From: a virus
Taxonomy: Duplodnaviria; Heunggongvirae; Uroviricota; Caudoviricetes
IMG/VR virus record: IMGVR_UViG_3300027710_000009
Strand: one strand, 5' to 3'
Length of the DNA stretch: 64,000 bases
How positions within the stretch are numbered: position 1 is the first letter of the stretch; every line of letters begins with the position of its first letter. The position numbers were made by a program, and so were the translations under genes. Under the pieces are notes generated by a model, which searched no databases, was not told where the DNA came from, and saw nothing but the letters and a program-made list of their open reading frames with translations. This document shows, piece by piece, positions 58,339-64,000 of the stretch.

Positions 58339-59508
58339 TTAGTTGTATAAATCTTGCAGGCGATATATGCCTGTGCGATCTAGATTTTTGTTCACGGCCA
58401 AATAGGCCAAGAGCCCGGCGTCATTGCGACGGACAAGCTCTTTTTGTATACTAGCATCAACGATGGCGTCAATTATATTTTTTTCGTCCAGCTCTAGTGT
58501 TAGTTTTAACAGTTGTATGTCCTTGAACGGCGTGAATGTAATAGTGCGTCCAAGATGCCAGTGCTGGTGATCGTTAATGCACATCCGCAGAATATGCTCC
58601 GCAGTTGTTTGTTTGCTTTGTATTACCTTTTGTATTTGTTCGTCCTGCTGTTGTCTTGCATAGATAGCAGATTTCTCTACACCTTGAAAGTACAGGTAAT
58701 GATAATGCTCAGGTTCTAACACCTGTTCCATATTTTTGCCTAGATGCATCAGCATGATATTTGCTGTTGCAGGCCCACGCAAAAAATACTCATCGCCACA
58801 GGCCCCAGTGACTAGAATAGTGGGCTTGCGGTAATGATGTATTTGGTTATAACCCCAGTGTTCACGCAACTGAGATTCAAAATTAATTGTGAACTGATCG
58901 TAGTCAGTGTGTTCAGCCATGATCAATTCATGTGGTATGTGCAGTGCTCGTAGATAACTGATACACAGCAAGGTATCGATGCCACCAGAGTAAAATACCT
59001 TGATGTTGTCTGCGTTTAGACCCAACCACGAAAACTTAGCAGTCAACAAGTTGTGCATTTCATCTACCACTTCAGTAAAACTGCGTGTGGACCCTGGCAC
59101 AGGAATCACTGTACAACGATGTTCATGTATGGTTTGATCAATAGTTACCCAGGCATCTGCCCATACGTTCACAGGATGTTGTACTTCAATGTTGCCAACT
59201 GCATGCTCGGCATCGTCACGAAACAGTGGTGTTGCTCTACTGGTATCATTGGTAACTGTCACTGTACCGTTTTTATGAGCTAGTACTGCTACAAAGTTAC
59301 CTTCAAATCTAGGCTGTGCATTTTCAAACAGTTCTTCTGCCAGCACATGATTGATGCCACGCTGAAAGCAATAGCCCTTGATGTATGCATAACCATACTG
59401 GGTGTGTATCTCTTGCCAACCTAGATCACAATTGAGCCAAAGTTCTTTGGTCAGCGGATACTGCGCAGGGAACTTGGTGTCTTGTGTGGGCTTGATACAA
59501 AAGAACAT
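58339..59508 (-). CDS. Asparagine-synthase-like protein (PP-loop ATP pyrophosphatase)
   Basis: VFYSGGIDT, TGACGDEYF, FTPF; degenerate N-terminal GATase-like region. Confidence 0.6.
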   Translation of the reverse strand: MFFCIKPTQDTKFPAQYPLTKELWLNCDLGWQEIHTQYGYAYIKGYCFQRGINHVLAEELFENAQPRFEGNFVAVLAHKNGTVTVTNDTSRATPLFRDDAEHAVGNIEVQHPVNVWADAWVTIDQTIHEHRCTVIPVPGSTRSFTEVVDEMHNLLTAKFSWLGLNADNIKVFYSGGIDTLLCISYLRALHIPHELIMAEHTDYDQFTINFESQLREHWGYNQIHHYRKPTILVTGACGDEYFLRGPATANIMLMHLGKNMEQVLEPEHYHYLYFQGVEKSAIYARQQQDEQIQKVIQSKQTTAEHILRMCINDHQHWHLGRTITFTPFKDIQLLKLTLELDEKNIIDAIVDASIQKELVRRNDAGLLAYLAVNKNLDRTGIYRLQDLYN

Positions 59509-59867
59509 TACTTTTGACTGTCGCCTTTTGCTACTCTGTAATTGTCTTCCACAGAGTCCGGTGTGCTGACTTCAATCACTGTGCCTGCTTCGACGCATTC
59601 CAGCTGATGAGGTTTGCAAGGTTCATTGTGCCATACACTACCATCACGCAGTTCTTTTTCGTGCAGTTCAGCAGTGGCAGTGTCAATCCAACGCACAATA
59701 AATCGTCCTGATTGCACATACCATGTTTCTTCTTTGAATTGATGAAAGTGCATACTGAACTTGGCGCCAGTATTAAAGTTCATCATCTTGCCGCAGTACT
59801 TGTCATTGGTAGCCCAGATAAATTCTGAACCCCACCCCTTGGGTACTAATCCTTTTAACTGTGTCAT
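59508..59867 (-). CDS. Cupin (sugar isomerase-like)
   Basis: KGWGSE, FSMHFH..KEETW, EVST.D...DNYR. Confidence 0.8.
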   Translation of the reverse strand: MTQLKGLVPKGWGSEFIWATNDKYCGKMMNFNTGAKFSMHFHQFKEETWYVQSGRFIVRWIDTATAELHEKELRDGSVWHNEPCKPHQLECVEAGTVIEVSTPDSVEDNYRVAKGDSQK

Positions 59868-60613
59868 CGTATTTCATCCAATCTTGGTGCATACACACCA
59901 GTGTGTTGTACAGTAACGGCGCTGGCACGAATAGCAAATAAAATTGCTTGACTCATGTCACCATCTGTATTTAGATATTCATATGCCAATGCTGCCAAGA
60001 ATGTATCACCGGCTCCACACACGTCAGTAACGTCTATTTCAGGCGCCGGATACATGACAAAATTGTGCAAAGCGCCTTCTTTACCCAGCGTTACAATCAT
60101 GTTTGTGCAATCGCTGTGTCTTGCCTTGTATTCAACTTCGTTGATCTTTACAATGCAACCTTCAAATCTTTTTAGATCCTGCTTTTTGGTGTCAATGAAA
60201 ATAGGACCCGGAAATTCTCTGCGTAGTTCTTCCACCAGCTCATATGTGATCAGGCCTTTGTTGTAGTCGCTGATCACAATGGCATGATACACTTGTGGTA
60301 TTGCTGTTTCAAACACTAGCGGATCGTTTTTGACATCAGCATCTATTCTAACAATCTGTTGCTTGCTACGACTGTCAATCAATCGTGTCTTGACACTTTG
60401 TTGCCCTGTGATAAAATTTGCATCTAGGCCAAGTGCTTTGAGATTTTCATATACATTGGCCGCCATGCCTGGGCGTTTTTCTTCTGTGGTGGGTGTGAAC
60501 ACAGGAACAGGTGCTTCTGGACTCATACGATCCACAACACCATATTGATAAACATCTAAACAACTGTCACCTAGTAACAATATGTTGAATTGCTTTTGTA
60601 CTGGAATACTCAT
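59864..60613 (-). CDS. HldE/RfaE domain I-like heptose-phosphate kinase (PfkB family)
   Basis: DRMSPEAPVPV, GMAANV, ISDYNKG, DVCGAGDTF. Confidence 0.85.
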   Translation of the reverse strand: MSIPVQKQFNILLLGDSCLDVYQYGVVDRMSPEAPVPVFTPTTEEKRPGMAANVYENLKALGLDANFITGQQSVKTRLIDSRSKQQIVRIDADVKNDPLVFETAIPQVYHAIVISDYNKGLITYELVEELRREFPGPIFIDTKKQDLKRFEGCIVKINEVEYKARHSDCTNMIVTLGKEGALHNFVMYPAPEIDVTDVCGAGDTFLAALAYEYLNTDGDMSQAILFAIRASAVTVQHTGVYAPRLDEIR

Positions 60614-60962
60614 CGAGTCTTTCAAAAAATTCAATGCGTGGCACATGTTCTTCACCAATGATTGGCCGACCACGATAGTCGCTGCCTTTGACCATGATGT
60701 CTGGCTCGCTTGTTTGGATCAGGTGTTCTAGTTCTTGATCTGTGTCAAAAGTACAAACCTTGTCCACGTACCTTAGAGCTTGCAACATTAGCCTGCGTTC
60801 ATCTTGATTGAAGAACGGACGGCCTGTGCCTTTTAGCTGTCGTACACGACGATCTGTATCTATAGCAACTGTTACCCTGCCAAGACTAGCCGCATACTGC
60901 AACAGCATCACATGCCCCGGATGCAGGATATCAAACGTACCATTGACGAACACTTTAATCAT
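60567..60962 (-). CDS. HldE/RfaE domain II-like nucleotidyltransferase
   Basis: FVNGTFDILHPGH, LKG.GRP, VKGSDY, SST; leaderless ATG 6 nt after TATAAT. Confidence 0.85.
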   Translation of the reverse strand: MIKVFVNGTFDILHPGHVMLLQYAASLGRVTVAIDTDRRVRQLKGTGRPFFNQDERRLMLQALRYVDKVCTFDTDQELEHLIQTSEPDIMVKGSDYRGRPIIGEEHVPRIEFFERLDEYSSTKAIQHIVTR

Positions 60963-61005
60963 TGTTACATTATATATTGTTGCACAAGCTTCGTCAATAG
61001 ATATT

Positions 61006-61079
61006 TGGTGCTCAAGTACAGAATCGAACTGTCGATTGCTCCTTACCATGGAGCCGTTATGCCACTTAACTACAAGAGC
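61006..61079 (-). tRNA. tRNA-Thr(GGT)
   Basis: Cloverleaf, CCA. Confidence 0.9.
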
Positions 61080-61080
61080 G

Positions 61081-61157
61081 TGGTACCCCTCCCCCGACTC
61101 GAACGGGGAACACACTCCTTTTGAGAGAGCCGCGTCTACCAATTGCGCCAGAGGGGT
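61081..61157 (-). tRNA. tRNA-Leu(CAA) with short variable loop
   Basis: Leu-type D-loop, A73, 5-nt variable region, CCA. Confidence 0.85.
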
Positions 61158-61163
61158 ATTGAG

Positions 61164-61239
61164 TGGTGGAAGTGGTGAGACTCGAACTCACGATAAACAC
61201 CGTATGAAGGTGGCGCATTAGCCACTATGCTACACTTCC
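61164..61239 (-). tRNA. tRNA-Met or Ile2 (CAT)
   Basis: Cloverleaf, anticodon loop TTCATAC, CCA. Confidence 0.85.
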
Positions 61240-61244
61240 TGAAA

Positions 61245-61321
61245 TGGCGACCCCGAAAGGATTTGAACCTCTGACATTTGGTTTTGGAGACCAACGTTCT
61301 GCCGGACTGAACTACGGAGCC
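61245..61321 (-). tRNA. tRNA-Trp(CCA)
   Basis: Cloverleaf, G73, CCA. Confidence 0.92.
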
Positions 61322-61326
61322 ATGTA

Positions 61327-61404
61327 TGGAGCAACGGGTGAGATTTGAACTCACGGTTTTCGGGATTTGCAATCCCGTGCATTGGGCCGCTCTGCCACCG
61401 TTGC
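61327..61404 (-). tRNA. tRNA-Cys(GCA)
   Basis: Cloverleaf, U73, CCA. Confidence 0.92.
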
Positions 61405-61408
61405 ATAT

Positions 61409-61482
61409 TGGTTGCGGGCCCAGGATTTGAACCTGGGATGCTCCTGGCTTATGAGACCGGAGTGGTGGCCGCCCTGCCCGCG
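61409..61482 (-). tRNA. Non-canonical initiator-type tRNA-fMet(CAT)
   Basis: C1:A72 mismatch, CGCGGG start, TTCAAAT T-loop, CTCATAA loop; reduced D-arm and bulged anticodon stem. Confidence 0.75.
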
Positions 61483-61489
61483 ATAATCT

Positions 61490-61581
61490 TGGCGGAAACG
61501 GAGAGATTCGAACTCTCGGTGCCAATTACTTGACACGACAGGTTAGCAACCTGCTGCCTTAGACCACTCGGCCACGTTTCC
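61490..61581 (-). tRNA. tRNA-Ser(GCT)
   Basis: Cloverleaf, long variable arm, CCA. Confidence 0.93.
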
Positions 61582-61591
61582 AGTTGTTTGT

Positions 61592-61620
61592 ATTATATAG
61601 TGATAGCACATTGCTGTCAA
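61592..61620 (-). promoter_or_regulatory. sigma70-type promoter inside the tRNA array
   Basis: TTGACA-17-TATAAT. Confidence 0.7.
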
Positions 61621-61629
61621 TGTTTATTT

Positions 61630-61705
61630 TGGTAGTTCCTAGCGGGCTTGAACCACTGACCTTTACGATGTCAACGTAACGCTCTACCAACTGAGCTAAG
61701 GAACT
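61630..61705 (-). tRNA. tRNA-Val(GAC)
   Basis: Cloverleaf, CCA. Confidence 0.92.
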
Positions 61706-61707
61706 GT

Positions 61708-61782
61708 TGGTACCGCTAGGAGGAATCGAACCTCCGTCTTAACCTTAGGAGTGTTTTGTTCTATCCACTGAACTATAGCGGT
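61708..61782 (-). tRNA. tRNA-Arg(CCT), weak anticodon stem
   Basis: Acceptor, D and T arms intact, A20; only 3 bp in the anticodon stem. Confidence 0.75.
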
Positions 61783-61988
61783 TTGTTTAGTTTTTTGATA
61801 TGCTCAATGTGGCGTTTGAATTCGCGCACATAGTAAGGATCTTTTTCCAGCATCTTGGCTAGATATCCTGCTAGAAAACCTGCATGATACAGCCTGTGCA
61901 TTCTTTCGTTGCCCTTGTATTCCACAGGACACACTGACTCTACACTTTGTTGTATAAACTTAACATAGTCTTCGTGTGAGTAGTCCAT
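61773..61988 (-). CDS. 71-aa hypothetical protein inside the tRNA array
   Basis: ATG 5 nt after TAAATA; stop lies within the 5' end of tRNA-Arg(CCT). Confidence 0.55.
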   Translation of the reverse strand: MDYSHEDYVKFIQQSVESVCPVEYKGNERMHRLYHAGFLAGYLAKMLEKDPYYVREFKRHIEHIKKLNKPL

Positions 61989-61999
61989 ACAAATATTTA

Positions 62000-62075
62000 T
62001 GGAGCCCCCTGAGGGATTCGAACCCCCGACTAACTGGTTCGAAGCCAGCTACTCTGTCCACTGAGTTAAAGGGGC
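62000..62075 (-). tRNA. tRNA-Arg(TCG)
   Basis: Cloverleaf, CCA. Confidence 0.9.
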
Positions 62076-62081
62076 AATGTG

Positions 62082-62157
62082 TGGTGCCAAGGACTGGACT
62101 CGAACCAGTAACACACGGATTTTCAATCTGCTGCTCTACCATTGGAGCTACCGAGGC
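62082..62157 (-). tRNA. tRNA-Phe(GAA)
   Basis: Cloverleaf, CCA. Confidence 0.9.
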
Positions 62158-62162
62158 ATGTT

Positions 62163-62237
62163 TGGGGAGAAGTACGGGAATCGAACCCGTGATAGCGGAA
62201 TCACAACCCGCGGTTTTGCCACTAAACTAACGACTCC
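62163..62237 (-). tRNA. tRNA-His(GTG)
   Basis: G-1:C73, CCA; two acceptor-stem mismatches. Confidence 0.85.
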
Positions 62238-62243
62238 ATTGAT

Positions 62244-62317
62244 TGGCACGGGAACTAGGGATCGAACCTAGGACGACAGAGTCAAAGTCTGTTGTGTTAC
62301 CGCTACACCATTCCCGA
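62244..62317 (-). tRNA. tRNA-Gln(TTG)
   Basis: Cloverleaf, G73, CCA. Confidence 0.9.
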
Positions 62318-62324
62318 ACAAAAC

Positions 62325-62401
62325 TGGCGCGACCAGCAGGATTCGAACCTACCACCCCAACGTTCGTAGCGTTGTACTCTATCCAAATGAGCTATGGTCG
62401 C
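62325..62401 (-). tRNA. tRNA-Arg(ACG)
   Basis: Cloverleaf, CCA. Confidence 0.92.
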
Positions 62402-62504
62402 ATAATTAGTGCTAGATTGTTTACTGCACAACCTAGCAAAGCAGGGGTCTGTAGACTGCATACAACTTGTCTCATTGTACTCCGTATGCAAGGGAGAGAT
62501 TGAA

Positions 62505-62722
62505 TTTGAGAGCCTACGCCGCGTTTATCGTAGATTTATTCAGGACTTACCGGCCGCCTAGCCTGACCTCGCTCGCGATGGATATCACTTGGGCGCCTGT
62601 CCAGTTAGCAACCAATCTGCACCGCTCTTCCGAGCAGCCGGGAGTTGAACCCGTCCCCTTTTACTATTTTGGTAGTTCGAACTTACCTAGATAGCGTGAC
62701 TGCGCTTGCTGACACTCTCAAA
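62505..62722 (-). ncRNA. Structured ~218-nt RNA with a permuted tRNA-like domain (YrlA-like)
   Basis: Terminal helix TTTGAGAG/CTCTCAAA; T-arm CGGG-TTCAACT-CCCG; GGAA-capped acceptor-like hairpin; D-like arm; second T-loop. Confidence 0.65.
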
Positions 62723-62725
62723 ACT

Positions 62726-62802
62726 TGGTCGGAGTACAAGGATTCGAACCTTGGACCCCCTGGTCCCAAACCAGGTGCGCTACCAGACTGCGCCACACTC
62801 CG
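62726..62802 (-). tRNA. tRNA-Pro(TGG)
   Basis: Cloverleaf, CCA. Confidence 0.93.
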
Positions 62803-62809
62803 AAATTGA

Positions 62810-62883
62810 TGGTGCCCCGTGACAGAATCGAACTGCCAACTACTGATTACAAAACAGTTGTTATACCACTTAACTAACAGGGC
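62810..62883 (-). tRNA. tRNA-Thr(TGT)
   Basis: Cloverleaf, CCA. Confidence 0.9.
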
Positions 62884-62890
62884 TTGAAAC

Positions 62891-62964
62891 TGGAGCGGGG
62901 TAGGAGAATCGAACTCCTCGCTTTAGCTTGGAAGGCTAAGGTATTACCACTATACGAACCCCGC
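62891..62964 (-). tRNA. tRNA-Gly(TCC)
   Basis: Cloverleaf, U73, CCA. Confidence 0.93.
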
Positions 62965-62973
62965 AATAAAATC

Positions 62974-63048
62974 TGGTGCATCGTGAGAGGGTCGAACTCC
63001 CGACATTCGCCGTGTAAAGGCGCTACTCTACCACTGAGTTAACGATGC
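62974..63048 (-). tRNA. tRNA-Val(TAC)
   Basis: Cloverleaf, CCA. Confidence 0.92.
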
Positions 63049-63053
63049 AATGT

Positions 63054-63128
63054 TGGTGGAGGATAGCGGGGTCGAACCGCTGACTGAAGCTTGCAAAGCT
63101 ACTGTGTTCCCAACTATACCAATCCCCC
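63054..63128 (-). tRNA. tRNA-Ala(TGC)
   Basis: G3:U70, CCA. Confidence 0.9.
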
Positions 63129-63135
63129 ATAACAC

Positions 63136-63211
63136 TGGCTCCACAGGGTGGGCTCGAACCACCGACCAAATGATTAACAGTCATCTACTCTACCAACTGA
63201 GCTACTGCGGA
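63136..63211 (-). tRNA. tRNA-Asn(GTT)
   Basis: Cloverleaf, G73, CCA. Confidence 0.93.
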
Positions 63212-63219
63212 ATAAAATC

Positions 63220-63295
63220 TGGAGCGGGCGAAGAGGTTCGAACTCTCGACATTTACCTTGGCAAGGTAATGCTCTACCAACTGAGCTACGCCCGC
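63220..63295 (-). tRNA. tRNA-Gly(GCC)
   Basis: Cloverleaf, U73, CCA. Confidence 0.93.
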
Positions 63296-63306
63296 ATGTG
63301 TTTTAC

Positions 63307-63528
63307 TTATTTGTCGCGAACTTTCTTCAAATATTCGCGACCTACTTTACCTTGTTCAATTTCTTCAAGCACTTGAATAATAGGACCATTTGTTGATACA
63401 ACTTTTGATCTATGTCCAGCTTTGATTTCTCTTAGTCTAGCTGATGCAATCAACACTAGGTCAAATTGATTACCTATCATTTGTGCTGCCTCTTGTGATG
63501 TTCTACCAGTGATGTATTCGTCGGACAT
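63307..63528 (-). CDS. rpoZ: RNA polymerase omega subunit homolog
   Basis: IGNQFDLVLIASARLREI...VLEEIEQGKVG matches the omega pattern (GNRFDLVL.AA.RAR...ALREI..G). Confidence 0.85.
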   Translation of the reverse strand: MSDEYITGRTSQEAAQMIGNQFDLVLIASARLREIKAGHRSKVVSTNGPIIQVLEEIEQGKVGREYLKKVRDK

Positions 63529-63552
63529 TAAGTTCCTTTGTTTTATTTACTT

Positions 63553-63581
63553 AGTATAACACACGATCATGCTAATTGCAA
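63553..63581 (-). promoter_or_regulatory. Promoter for rpoZ
   Basis: TTGCAA-17-TATACT, plus TAAATA at 63544-63549. Confidence 0.6.
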
Positions 63582-63656
63582 TGGTTGCCTATCTTGGGAA
63601 CGATCCAAGGACCCCCGCCTTATCAAGACGGTGCTCTACCACTGAGCTAATAGGCA
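63582..63656 (-). tRNA. tRNA-Ile(GAT), atypical T-loop
   Basis: Cloverleaf, T-loop ATCGTTC, CCA. Confidence 0.85.
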
Positions 63657-63660
63657 ATAA

Positions 63661-63824
63661 TACCATATGGAAACACACTAGTGAGCCAGTCTAACGCAGC
63701 CATCGCAACTTTGCAAGTCGTTTCCAACTTGTGTATCGTCTTTCTGGGCGAGCTGTATGTGTAGAGCTCCGCAAGTTCTCAATGCAATCGCTTGCAAGGA
63801 CAACTAGTATGTTTTCATATGGTA
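63661..63824 (-). ncRNA. Structured ~160-nt RNA with long terminal helix
   Basis: 22-nt imperfect terminal inverted repeat; internal GCGA- and GAAA-capped hairpins. Confidence 0.6.
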
Positions 63825-63895
63825 GAAGCAGTGGGACTCGAACCCACAACTATCCGGTTAAAAGCCGGGTACTCTAGCCATTGAGTTATGCTTCC
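63820..63895 (-). tRNA. tRNA-Lys(TTT)
   Basis: Cloverleaf, CCA. Confidence 0.92.
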
Positions 63896-63898
63896 ATA

Positions 63899-63974
63899 TG
63901 GTCCCTGCGGTCAGGCTCGAACTGACGACCAGCGGATTAAGAGTCCGTTGCGCTACCAACTGCGCCACACAGGG
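63899..63974 (-). tRNA. tRNA-Lys(CTT)
   Basis: Cloverleaf, CCA. Confidence 0.92.
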
Positions 63975-64000
63975 TTGTACGTATTGTTTGATTTTACGTG

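Noticed and set aside
62505-62722. tmRNA (standard or two-piece), suggested by GACGGGTTCAACTCCCG
   Set aside because: No CCA acceptor end, no G3:U70 alanine stem, no tag ORF recognised; the acceptor-like stem is closed by a tetraloop
374-63376. Numerous plus-strand and nested ORFs of 60-190 aa in the ORF track
   Set aside because: Antisense or alternate-frame shadows of well-supported genes or tRNAs, with no SD or motifs
1-64000. Bacterial chromosome origin suggested by gmd, rfbB, hldE, ppiC, rpoZ and tRNAs
   Set aside because: T4-like helicase, primase and UvsW, fibre genes, TAAATA late motifs, dense small hypotheticals and absence of housekeeping operon context indicate a phage
1-64000. 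Stop-codon reassignment
   Set aside because: Genes are intact and tightly packed in the standard code; no CTA, TTA or TCA suppressor anticodon among the 25 tRNAs

Overview
64 kb of a large dsDNA tailed-phage genome with distant T4-like organisation, almost all on the minus strand. The omega-subunit sequence suggests a (beta)proteobacterial host; this is inference. In order: (1) putative head-packaged proteins with L/I-x-E prohead-protease-like sites, including a Pol-beta-type nucleotidyltransferase and a 1161-aa LysM protein; (2) a replication cluster with gp41-like helicase, gp61-like primase, a ~190-aa miniature DnaE core, UvsW and an AAA ATPase; (3) small early genes behind a conserved sigma70-type promoter family; (4) an ~11.5 kb divergent nucleotide-sugar/glycosyltransferase locus with late-type TAAATA promoters; (5) two paralogous adenylate-forming enzymes, a radical SAM protein, an acyltransferase, a parvulin and phosphatases; (6) ~19 kb of fibre/adhesin genes; (7) a minimal malonyl-CoA decarboxylase, an Asn-synthase-like protein and split HldE; (8) 25 tRNA genes interleaved with rpoZ and structured non-tRNA RNAs. 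Most notable: a circularly permuted tRNA-mimic (YrlA-like) RNA and other orphan structured RNAs, a non-canonical initiator-type tRNA together with leaderless replication-gene mRNAs and an anti-Shine-Dalgarno hairpin, and an omega subunit lacking the N-terminal MAR ppGpp-contact motif. All assignments come from manual motif reading and hand folding; no searches or folding programs were run.
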